A stretch of DNA of 36,483 bases, taken from positions 62,001 through 98,483 of the forward strand of contig JAPEUG010000012.1 of the NCBI GenBank assembly GCA_026025795.1. The letters are read 5' to 3'. Origin of the DNA: Thelocarpon superellum. Lineage: Eukaryota. Every line of letters begins with the position of its first letter. The first letter of the stretch is position 1. The notes beneath the pieces were generated by a model. It worked only from the letters and a program-made list of their open reading frames with translations, ran no database searches and had not been told where the DNA came from. This document shows, piece by piece, positions 26,372-36,483 of this stretch. The position numbers and the translations under genes were made by a program.

Positions 26372-27056
26372 GCCAAGGGCATCTCACGCGTTCTAGCTAG
26401 AAGCAGTCGGGAAGGAAAGCAGAGATGGCGACGTCAGCTCGAGGCGCGCACGGGGCGTCGACGACGACATAGAAACTGGGCGGGGGCCACCGCAGTCCCC
26501 CAGTCCCCAAGCCAGCACGCACCCCTCGGCCTCATCTCGTGTTGATGCCGATCGTGTAGGAGATCCGGCCAGTATGATCACACCTCCGCTGCACCGCCAC
26601 CACTTTGCTTCTCACCATCTCAACTCTGGTACCGCGCCCACGGTCTCACGAACAGTATAGCACGACAAAGACCCGTTGCGAGGGAAGTGTGGTCCTCCAG
26701 CAGGCTGATGGAGTGTGCCATGGTAAGGCAAGGGGCGACGCTGTCAGGAGCACGGGAGGTGATGACGGATCACGTTATCCTCGGATCGGAGAAACGTACC
26801 GCCGACTGATGGCGTCAATGCGTCAATATGCCGATTTCCCCGCCAACCGAAAGATGTCCCTCGCCCTGGCTTCCACCTCCGTCAGTGTTGGCTGTCTTGG
26901 CTGTCTTGGCTCGGAGTAGTGCAGATGGGACGATCAGATCCATGACGGCCCCTCCAGACGTCCTGCTCGCGATCTAAAGCCGGCTTGGCCGACATCGGAT
27001 CACACAGCAAGACGAACCGGATCCCGACAGGGGTCGTGTGACAGCAACAGGCAAGC

Positions 27057-28207
27057 ATGGCCGAGGCCGAGGGGAAGAGCGAGGGATTGGCGCGGACGTT
27101 GAAAGACCTCTTTGCCGGGGCAGCGGGAGGGGTGGCACAAGTGCTGTTGGGACAGCCCTTTGACATCGTCAAGGTGCGCCTCCAGACGACGCAGGAATAC
27201 CGCAACGCATTGGACTGCGCGGCCAAGATCTGGAAGATTGAAGGGCCATCGGCGTTCTACAAGGCACTCCCACCCCATCTCACATCTTGTCTCTTCAAGT
27301 CTGTCCAATTCCTGACGCTGGAGTGTGACAGGGTACCCTGACGCCTCTAATTGGAATCGGAGCATGCGTTGGTCTCCCTCCCTCCCCACCCCCCGTTGCT
27401 CCCCCACCACCTCATCTCACCCTCTGCTCCCTGCCAGGTATCCGTTCAGTTCGGCGCATTCCACATGGCACGACGACGCTTCGAAGCGTCCAACGTATCC
27501 GCAAACCGACCTCCCAGCCTCTCGTACACGCAATACTACCTATCAGGGGCCATGGCGGGGCTAGCCAACACCGTGCTGTCCGCGCCCATTGAGCACGTGC
27601 GGATCCGACTACAGACGCAGCCGCACGGCGCCACGACACGCCTCTACACCGGCCCACTCGACTGCATTCGCCAGCTCAGCCGACCGGCGGTGGGCGGGAT
27701 CACACGGGGCTTGTACCGCGGGACGAGCGTCACGTTGCTGCGCGAGGCGCAGGCGTACGGGGTATGGTTTACGACGTTCGAGTACCTGATGGCGTTCGAG
27801 ACGGCGCGGACCGCCGTGCCACGCGACGCCATCCCCAGCTGGAAGGTGGCGCTGTGCGGCGGGTTGGCGGGCGAAGCGCTCTGGATCGCCAGCTACCCGC
27901 TCGACGTGGTCAAGAGCAAGATGCAGAGCGACGCGCTGCGGGTCGCGCCCGGTGATGGCAAGGGCGGACAAGCGAAGGCGCTGGTGATGGATTATCGGTA
28001 CGCCTCGACGCGTGACTGCGTCGCGCAGACGTGGCGCGCAGAAGGCCTCCGCGGCTTCTGGAAGGGCGTGGGACCCACCCTGCTCAGGGCGATGCCTGTC
28101 TCAGCCGGCACCTTCGCCGTGTGAGTTGCCCCCCTGTGTCTCCTGGTGAGACCAATGCTGATCTGTATGTGAACAGGGTCGAGATGACGATGCGCGCGCT
28201 AAAGTAG
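27057..28207 (+). CDS. YMC1: Mitochondrial carrier protein, Ymc1/Ymc2-like (SLC25 amino-acid/carnitine subfamily)
   Basis: Four exons. Three PX[DE]XX[KR]X[RK] signatures: PFDIVKVRLQ, PIEHVRIRLQ and PLDVVKSKMQ. Also FYK|GTLTPLIGIGAC|VSVQFG and FWKGVGPTLLRAMP. Confidence 0.88.
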
Positions 28208-28332
28208 ACGGACGGATGGAGGGAGGGAGGGAGGGATGTATGATTCAATGTACAGCATGATGCATCGAGTAAAGCTCTAGTTGACTCTAGATGGACGGTC
28301 AGATCTGCCCATGCCGTCTCTCTCATCATGCC

Positions 28333-29523
28333 CTATCCCTCCTGCCCGCGACGGCGTAAGCGTGGATCCGGCTGGTACGGGATCCGGCCCTCTTCGGCCG
28401 CCCTGCGTCGCTTCTGCTGTCCTTCTTGCCCTGCTTTGCCCAGAATGCCGGCTATGACTTGCACGGATCGGAGACTGCATCGTCAGCACACGCGTCGCCT
28501 TCGCATGAATGGCCGGATGAAGGCTCACCTGTCGTCGTTGGCCGGGATCGGATAGGTCACCCAGGTCGGATCGGCGTCGGTATCGATGATGCCAATCGTG
28601 GGGATGTTGTTCTGTCCGCATTCGCGCAGGAGCACGTAATTCTCCAACGGGTTCAGGCAGACGACGAGATCGGGCTTGAGGGCGGGATAGTCGACCAGCT
28701 GGTCGTCGTAGCCCGGCAGGTCCCGGCCGAGATGGTCCACGACTTTGAGCTTGCCGTGCCCCAAGATCTGCTGCCCGTTGGTGATGCCGCCGGGGGTCCA
28801 GCGCTCGAAGAGATGATATCCGCCGGCGAGCTCGGCGGCGTTGACCACGGCGCGATCCTGGCCGGCTCGCGTACCGACGAAGAGGACCAGGCCGGCCCGC
28901 TCGCACACGGCAGACACGATCTTGGCGGCTCGTCGCAGATGCGCGGCCGTGACGTCGAGCGAGATGATGTGGATGCCCTGACGCACGCCAAAGATATAGC
29001 GTTGGTTGGCCGGATTCCATAGCGAGGTTGAGTGACCCAGGTGTGCCTGTGAGGCCAAGAGCAACTCCAGCGTGATGTCTTTGGGTGAGGGCGGGCGCGA
29101 GATCAGCGTGTGGGGCTGGTAGTGTCGCGAGAGGACGCTGCCGAGATGGTGCGTATTCTCCTCTGCGCTGGGTCAACATCGGAAAGCCCGAGACAAGGAT
29201 GACCACCCACTGTGCTTCAAGGCGGCATCATGTGCGTCGGCGATCGACGTGCCATCGATCCCGTCGGCGGCGAGGTCTAGATCGACGGGTGTCACCTCCG
29301 TGGGCAATTCCCGATTGATGGTAGCCTCGATCGAGTGCGTCTCTTGCAAGCTGTTTTCTAACCGCCTCTCGACCCGGTGGATCTCGGTGCCAATGGCTCG
29401 GTGCCAGTCGTGACGTTGGGGAGCGCACATGGCTCGGCGGCCTGTGCCAGAGGTTAGTATGGACTGAGCAACGTCGACGCAGGAGAGCTGACCATGCCGC
29501 AGTGCCCATTGTCTAACGATCAT
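28333..29523 (-). CDS. MRP4: Mitochondrial 37S ribosomal protein uS2m
   Basis: Four exons. ITLELLLASQAHLGHSTSLWNP, YIFGVRQGIHIISL, LFVGTR, ERWTPGGITN, PDLVVCLNP and IPTIGIIDTDADPTWVTYPIPANDD|SLRSV are ribosomal protein S2 signatures. Confidence 0.94.
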
Positions 29524-29691
29524 CACGGTGGTGGCGTTGGTGGTGCGTGTCTGTCCAGACCATCACCATCATGGGCGGAGTTTACTAAACTTTCCGACCG
29601 GTACCGATGATGTCGCCGTCGCTTCCTGTCCCACCCCTGACGCGCTACTGGTAACTTACTGCTGCTGCTACTACTAACAGTACTACTACTA

Positions 29692-29770
29692 CTGCTATTG
29701 CCGCTTGTCGTAGTAGTAGTAGTACTACTATGTTACTACTACTTCGTAGTACGACAAGCGGCAATAGCAG
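29692..29770. repeat. Perfect 21-bp inverted repeat / 79-nt hairpin embedded in a (TAC/GTA)n tract
   Basis: Left arm ctgctattgccgcttgtcgta (29692-29712) is the exact reverse complement of right arm tacgacaagcggcaatagcag (29750-29770). The spacer contains a further complementary pair, gtagtagta / tactactac. Confidence 0.9.
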
Positions 29771-30206
29771 CCTGAATCCCTGACCACCAGTCTTCGAGAA
29801 CAGCTCCTCCAGGAGACAAATCTCCCAACGTCCAACAACTTCATTCAACTTAGGGACCATCAGAGCATCACTAATCACTACAGACAACGGGTGGTCACTC
29901 GCCTGCGCACACCCCCCAGCCTGGACTCACCGCCCTCGTTACCAGCCCGGGAGCAAAGCAAAGGGGGCTCCCCAATAGACTGAGTGGGTAGTCTGCTGTA
30001 CTCTCTGTAGACATGCAAAGTGATATGGGTGTCTCCAAGCACAACAATTGTCCCATTCTTCGATTGTTGAGTTGGGGGTGCACAGACCAGTGCCCACCAG
30101 TTGTTCGGCATAGACAGCAATCACACAGCCCAACCGCGTCACTAGCACCCCAGCCACGACTTGATTGCGTGCGAATGGATACCAGTAGGGTGACCGATCC
30201 TGGCAG

Positions 30207-30728
30207 TCGTAGTAGTTCTGAGGCTGAGCACAAGTCGAGCTTGGTTTGTCTGGTCTCATTTCGAGCGAGACAAGGCAATTAGGGTTATGCGCCCAAGGAC
30301 TCGGCAGTCGCCGCTGCGGGTAACAGGTGCATGTCAGGGCTTTGAGATTCGGAAACCAGCATTTCATGCCCAAACGGAACCACACCTTCCACCTCCTTCA
30401 TCAGGGCATGAACTCTTGTTCAAGATAGTTCTACTGTCAGAGCAATGCTTGAGGCGGAGAGGTGGATCGTAGTAGTTCTGAGGCTGAGCACGAGTCGAGC
30501 TTGGTTTGTCTGGTCTCATTTCGAGCGAGACAAGGCAATTAGGGTTATGCGCCCAAGGACTCAGCAGTCGCCGCTACAGGTAACAGGTGCACGTCAGGGC
30601 TTTGAGGTTGGGAAACTAGCATTTCATGCACAAACAGAACCACACCTTCCACCTCCTTCATCAGGGCATGAACTCTTGTTCAAGATAGTTCTACTGTCAG
30701 AGCAATGCTTGAGGCGGAGAGGTGGATC
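30207..30728. repeat. Direct tandem duplication, 2 x 260 bp
   Basis: 30207-30466 aligns without gaps to 30467-30726. I count 10 substitutions, about 96% identity. Confidence 0.95.
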
Positions 30729-30939
30729 CAGACTACCGTCTGCTTTACATCTTGCGGGATTAAAGCAGACGCACCTCCCCTTTTCCCCTTCCTCTTTGCC
30801 CGGCTCACGTTTTATAACTCATCCATGGACAAGTCCTGAGTCTGCTCAACTGCCAATTGATGGTCAAGTCGTGCCAGCTTTGCTAGAAGAGCGATCGCCA
30901 CGAGTCAGCTCCAAAGTCAGCTCCGGATCATCGCTCGAC

Positions 30940-32460
30940 ATGCCCCCTCTATCCGGTCTCCGTCATCTGCTTCCGTGGTTCTTTCTCACAGCTGGTCTTG
31001 TCCCTGTTAGCTCGCAGACGCGTAACGGCTTGATGTCCCACTATACCAAAATCAACAAATCCTACTGCTCCGCTTATCTGGGAGTAAAAATGCAGGCTTC
31101 CGAGTGCTTCTCGGCTCTGCAGCAGATGCCGACTGGGAACGGCGAATTTCAGACGTACGCCCCAGCACACCGGGTGCAGGATGGAGATATTCCGACGCCA
31201 CAAGGATATACTTCCCAGCGTAAGTCTCTCACGCTCGAGCAAGCAGCGAGACGTCTTGCACTGGAGAGAAGCGGCCCTCGCAGTGATCTTTGAATAAGAT
31301 CAGCGGAGAAACATTTCATTAACATGATCTAGGCTGCTCCATCGATTTGGATGTGAATGGAACTGGTCCGCCGTCCTCTCGACCATATCACAACACATTC
31401 GATGGTGTCAAATCCGTTGCCCAAGAAATCATCGATGACTGCGTAATGACAGGTAACTTTTTGACAGGAGTTGGAGGTTTTCAAATTGATGGAGTTGCGC
31501 GGTTTATCGTGGATACTATTTATTATGGCGCCCTACAAGAGCATCCTCCTGGTAGGTTCTTTGTCTCCAGGAAATCCTTTCCTCGCTATCCCCGCTATCC
31601 CCGCTAAACAGGAAGAAAGTGGTGCATGATATGATGATAGTATCGGTCCTTGGTCCACGAGCACGAAGTCCTTCAAAGTCAAGAGCCTTCCTCCATGTTA
31701 TTATTGCGGAGGTAGAACGCTTTGGAAAAAGCGCAAGAACAGACGTCGAGATCCAACGACGGGACCAGGCACTGCAGATGCTCAATGGTCTCGAACAAAA
31801 TTACGACCCAGGGGTGTCCTGGATCGACCAACTGAGCACGATGCAGTTGAAGTCGCAGCTACCGGCCGGAGTTTCATCGCCACCGGCCATGCCATCAGCA
31901 CCCATGCTACCACCAAACGCCAAGCTTGAGTGTCTGCCAAAGTTCGGGCAGCCTCAACAGACCGATCTTGCAGATGTGGAGACGATGATCATGCAGCAGC
32001 TTCCCACGACCATCAAGCCTGACACGCCTGTGACAGCAACACATGGTAAGCTGGTGCTCATGAATGCATGACTGGTGCAGACAAAGTGGAAGCTAAGATG
32101 ACGCGGACACTTTACAGGAAGCATGACGGCTCGCATCGAGGCCAACGGCGTAAAAGTCAATGATGTGGCATATGTCATCACAGCCTTGAGCTTTCTCTAT
32201 GCAAGATGTCATGGTGGTGGCATATTGAGCTCCGGCCACACGGAGCTACGAAGACGGGATCTGAGTATGACCACACAGGACGCTTCTACTAAAGAGGGCC
32301 AGTGACTGACGTGTCGATAATCATAGCGGAGGTGGGCACAACGAATACCACCAACACCACTGGAGTCGGCGTCCCTGGCTCTGATGATCCCGACGTGATC
32401 CTCCCGGCCAATCTGACGTTGACCATCTATCAGCCTGGCACATGGTCGCCGGGAGAATAA
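30940..32460 (+). CDS. Orphan putative secreted protein (~401 aa) with two Cys-patterned, effector-like domains
   Basis: Exons 30940-31219, 31333-31551, 31620-32045, 32118-32264 and 32327-32460 (donors GTAAGT, GTAGGT, GTAAGC, GTATGA) sum to 1206 nt with an open frame. Signal-peptide-like start MPPLSGLRHLLPWFFLTAGLVPVSS-Q and several N-glycosylation sequons. Boundaries of intron 2 are less certain. Confidence 0.7.
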
Positions 32461-33485
32461 AGCTGATCGCGAGGGAGCGACGTATACACCGTGAGTAAGA
32501 AGGAAGAATCAAGTCATTTGTGTCTAGGAGAAGCGCAACGAGATCATGAACCAAACCTGGACTAAAAAGCGCGTTGCGAGAAGTGACGCTGCTGGGTCGA
32601 GACTGATAAGCGCACCTGTCCCGAGTGGCCTGCTTCATAGGTGACGAGGCCACCTCTGCTTTTAGGAAGCAGTCAACTCTTGTCTCTCCTCAGAGCGCCA
32701 ACGTCACCTGGCTCCCCTGGCCGACGCGGCCCCGTCGCATACGACAAGCGTGAGCCCTAGGCTCAGCCTAGACTCAGCCTTTGGCTTCCAAGTCGAGTAG
32801 TGGAGAGGAAACATCTGCCATCTGCGTTAGATATGGCAGAAATCAATCACGTCTCTACTGTCTGTGCACCTCTGTAGACATCCCGAGACCTCTCGTCTCC
32901 AGCTCCGACCCGGCGTGCTCCGACCCGGCGTGCTACGACCGCAGGAGCTGGAGAAGTCGACCTCACCGAAGCCGGCCAGACGCCCGGCCGCCGCATAAGT
33001 AGCGCAGCAGTCGCGACCGACGTTGGCTGCTTCTCCGCTACCCCCTACGCATGACCGCTGTTCGCCGCAGCGTGCGTCTCATGCTTCCCTTGTGCTGCTT
33101 TCTTTTCAGCCATGCTCATGAACGAGAACAAGGGACGACAGTCGGGAGAGCGTCGACGGAGATGGCGGCCGTCCCCATCTCACGGCGCCGAATCGTGTTG
33201 GGGGAAAGGGACTACGGCCCGATTTCGTGGCGATCCCCATGGTCCTCGGGCTCCACGGGCGTGTCGACGCGGTCGTCGTGGCAGGATCTTCGAGACGGAC
33301 TGGGCGGAGTACCCGGCAGACCCAGGTAGCGCGGCGACGTCCGGGCGAGGCGAGGGTTAGATACGGGCCGATATGTGTGCGAAGGACCGTATGTTGGAAG
33401 GTCTCCGTACTCCCTTAAGTTACGGCTGTAGGAATCAGAGCTGAATTGCTAATCTACGCGTAGTCTGGGATAGTGATAGGAGTGG

Positions 33486-33506
33486 GCACGTGACCAGATC
33501 ACGTGC
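33486..33506. promoter_or_regulatory. Paired bHLH E-boxes (RTCACGTG type) upstream of SDS23
   Basis: gcacgtga-ccaga-tcacgtgc: two CACGTG cores in inverted 8-bp arrangement about 225 bp before the predicted ATG. Confidence 0.45.
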
Positions 33507-33728
33507 GCGCTCCTACACGGCGGTACTTGATGCCTACCTGCTGTAAGCACCGTGCCCCAGGTGCGCGATTAGCTTCACCGTCGTGTCACCCCTCCTCTGC
33601 TCTCGCCTCACCTCGACCAGCTCCCGCACTTTCGTACCAGGATGTCGTACACGTATCAGCCGTAAGTGACCTCGATGCAATTGCTGCCACCAGCCATCCC
33701 CACTCTTCAATTTCTCAAAACATGCGTC

Positions 33729-35442
33729 ATGGTCGGCCCTTCGCCCCCGCCCCCGCCCCCGCTCCCGCATCCTGCCCTCTCCGGGCACAGCACCGTCGCC
33801 AGTAGGGCGAGTCCACCACCCTCGGCCAGCCAGATCCGACGAGACCCGTCGGCCTCGCCCTCGCTCCTACCCCGTGATGCCCCTCGTCCCAGCATGAGCT
33901 CCAGCTCGAGCCTGTCGGCCCACCGGCCCAGCTTTAGCGACACCCTGCGCGGCCATCCACCGTCTCCCCGCGCCCGGCGGCAGCCATCGTTGACCCAAGC
34001 CGCCATTCAAGATCTCGTTGACAACCCGCCCGTCGCTCATCCCGGGGGCCCGGCCTTTGCCGGACGTGAGTGGAAATCCATTGCCATTGGCGAGTTGGTC
34101 GAGGAGAAGGATCTCCACTTCGTCGAGCTGGACACGGGCGTCGAGGCCGCCACGAATGTCCGATGCTTCTTCCGATGCGTTGGGGCTGCCAGCTAACACG
34201 TCACAGCGTCTCATCGATAGCGGGGCCTCGGTCATTCTCGTACGTGCGTCGGCATCGGAGACGTCGGCGTGCGGCACGTTTGAGTACAGCGATCTGAATG
34301 CCTACCTGCTGCTGGTGACGGGGCTGGCGCAACCGGAGCAAGCGGACATCTCGTCCTTTCAGGACTTGGCCCGGAAAGCGCGCGACGGCAACAAGATCCC
34401 CATCAAGGATGTGAAGGACCTCGGCAAGAAGGAGCCCTTGGTGGCCTTGTCGAGCGTGGAGAAGCTGACGACGGCCGTGGAGATCCTGGGCAGCGGCGTG
34501 CACCGCATCATCGTCGTGCGCGAGGGCACCCACCACGTCCTGGGCATCCTCAGCCAACTGCGCGTCGTTCGCTTTCTCTGGGAGAATGGCAAGAACTTTC
34601 CCGCCATCGACCGACTCTATCCGCACTACATTCGCGAATTGAGCATCGGGTCGCAGCAGGTCATCTCGATCAAGTGAGTCCCACACAACACGAGCCCATG
34701 GAAGCCGACCAAAAGTCCGCTGACGAGATGGATAGTGGCGACCGTCCGTTGACGGATGCACTGGAGATGCTCAACAACGAGGGCGTGTCATCCTTGGCCG
34801 TGACGGACAGTTCGATGAATGTCGTGGGCAACATTTCGACGGTGGATGTCAAGGTGAGGTGTGCCATCTTCCTGCTCCTCCGCTCCCATCTCCTGCCACC
34901 GCCCACTGACCGCTCTCCAGCACCTCACGCGATCGAGCTCTCTACCGCTCCTGCAGTCCTCGTGCATCCACTTCATCTCCGTCATTCTCTCCGACCGCGG
35001 CATGAACGACGGCAAAGACTCCTTTCCCGTCTTCCACGTCAACCCATGGTCGACGTTGGCCCACACCGTCGCCAAGCTGGTCGCCACCAAGTCGCACCGG
35101 ATGTGGGTGGTGGATGCGCCGAGCCCGGCCTCGTCGGCGCCTCCGACACCCATCGCGCAGCCGGCGGTGCTCGTTCCCCCACCCGGCGTCATCTCCGCCG
35201 CCGCCATCCCTCCGGCCCCGAGCCCTTCCATCTCCTCGGCCTCTCTACCCGGCATGCGTCTCTCAGGCCGCCTCTCCGGCGTCGTCTCGCTCACGGACAT
35301 TCTGAATCTCTTTGCGCGCTCCTCCGGTCTCTCGCCCGTCGACCCGGGCGAATTGCGCCGACAGCGCCGTCGGAGTAGTTCGAGCTCTGTCCATCGTCCG
35401 TCGATAGACGCTTCTCTGGGGTCGATTGACGTGCGGCGATGA
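33729..35442 (+). CDS. SDS23: CBS-domain protein Sds23/Moc1 family
   Basis: Four exons. [122 protein letters not shown] and [18 protein letters not shown]. Start codon uncertain (33675, 33729 or 33893). Confidence 0.9.
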
Positions 35443-35462
35443 GAAGCGTGGAGGGGGTGAAG

Positions 35463-35520
35463 GTGGACGTGGACGTGGACGTGGACGTGGACGTGGACGT
35501 GGACGTGGACGTGGACGTGG
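35463..35520 (+). repeat. (GTGGAC)9 hexanucleotide microsatellite just after the SDS23 stop codon
   Basis: Nine perfect GTGGAC units plus a partial unit, read directly. Confidence 0.95.
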
Positions 35521-35650
35521 GACGAAGCCATGGGGGCAGGGAGGAAATACAGCGGACGGGAAGAAGGAAGAGATCAATATCGATAATGACAACACCATGA
35601 CCATGACCGTGATATGACAGTGATATTGACAGTTAAAGAGTGATGATGTA

Positions 35651-35684
35651 TGACAATCACGATGACAATGACAATGACAATGAC
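35651..35684 (+). repeat. (TGACAA)n short hexamer repeat
   Basis: tgacaatcacgatgacaatgacaatgacaatgac, read directly. Confidence 0.75.
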
Positions 35685-36436
35685 AGATCTGATGGGCAGT
35701 GGATCATAGAAGGAAGAAAGGGACACATAGACTCCAGGACGGAACCAAGTAGGGGAATTGATATAATATTTAATTCCAATTAAAACTCGAGTCGCTTCAA
35801 TTCCACGTCGTTTGTCAAATGGATGGAAAGGAATGCAATTGCACGTTTCCAAAGTATTCATGACTGACCAATTGGTTCATGGCAAGGATCTATGATACAT
35901 AAAGAGGCACCGAGTACAAACGCACAAGGACCCCACTCAAGAAGAAAGGAAGAAAAAGAGGACGAGAAAGAGTCTGGTTTACATGTACGCGCACACACGC
36001 ACGCACATCAACACCGAATGCAAGCGCAAAGAATTCATCCGTACCCATCCACAAATGACAGAGCGCAGATCACAACTCGTGGAATCAGAGCAGATGGAAA
36101 AAGTGCGCCAGAGAGAAGAAGAAGAGTGAAGATTGAGACAAAGGTATCATGAGCGTTTCCATGTCCATTTTGCCCCCCCCCCCCCTTTCCCCCTCTCGAA
36201 TTGTCGCCTTTCCTCCCTCCCTCCCTCCATTCATTCCTTCCCTGGTGTAGTATCGGTATCGTTCGCCTTCCCATTCTGCTTCTCATCTATTTCGTGCCAC
36301 TCTGCTCCACCCGAATCAAAGCAGATCGGGTCAGATCAGATCATGTGAAACCAAACCAAAGCAAACCAAATCATATCATGTCAAGTCAAGTCATGTCACT
36401 TGGAGAAAGGGCAGATGGGCAGAACGTGGCATGGAA

Positions 36437-36445
<9 letters not shown>

Positions 36446-36483
<38 letters not shown>
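36446..36483 (+). repeat. (GA)n dinucleotide microsatellite running to the window end
   Basis: Uninterrupted gaga... tract of about 19 units. Confidence 0.95.

Noticed and set aside
30279..30547. TTAGGGTTA in each copy of the 260-bp repeat (reverse complement TAACCCTAA resembles a telomerase RNA template)
   Set aside because: A single 9-mer is not unexpected in 36 kb. I could not identify a pseudoknot or CR4/5-like element, and it is not a telomeric array. A covariance-model search would settle it.
30207..30728. Possible LTR pair or CRISPR-like array
   Set aside because: The copies abut with no internal region or spacers, lack TG...CA termini, and no gag/pol or cas genes are nearby in this eukaryotic DNA.
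30445..30939. N-terminal extension of ORF 30445..31293 upstream of ATG 30940
   Set aside because: It runs through the non-coding tandem duplication and would bury the signal peptide. ATG 30940 is the more plausible start.
34788..35617. ORFs with (HV)n, (GR)n or (PR)n repeats
   Set aside because: Translations of the (GTGGAC)n microsatellite in different frames, not real proteins.
36035..36286. 83-aa minus-strand ORF with a hydrophobic C-terminus
   Set aside because: Lies in low-complexity, microsatellite-rich UTR-like sequence with no coding signature or supporting splice structure.

Overview
GC-rich, intron-containing eukaryotic DNA from a filamentous ascomycete (Pezizomycotina-type genes, short GT-AG introns with CTRAC-like branch sites). 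The unspliced ORF track is therefore mostly fragments and antisense shadows. Manual splicing gives 14 protein-coding genes: white collar-1 (5' part, LOV domain), NOP9, BNA6/QPRTase, aldose 1-epimerase, a small Zn2Cys6 transcription factor, a CaMK-I kinase, COG3, FMP25, an ATP-dependent DNA ligase, TIP20/RINT-1, a YMC1-like mitochondrial carrier, MRP4 (mitochondrial uS2), an orphan secreted Cys-patterned protein, and SDS23. Most of the window is compact housekeeping DNA. The anomaly is a ~3 kb segment (about 29650-32750) between MRP4 and SDS23 that looks less GC-rich by eye. It carries a perfect 21-bp-arm hairpin, a 260-bp tandem duplication whose differences are mostly CpG/CpA transitions, and the orphan two-domain effector-like secreted gene, and it is bracketed by an identical 11-mer. 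Family assignments come from motif recognition only; no database searches were run.
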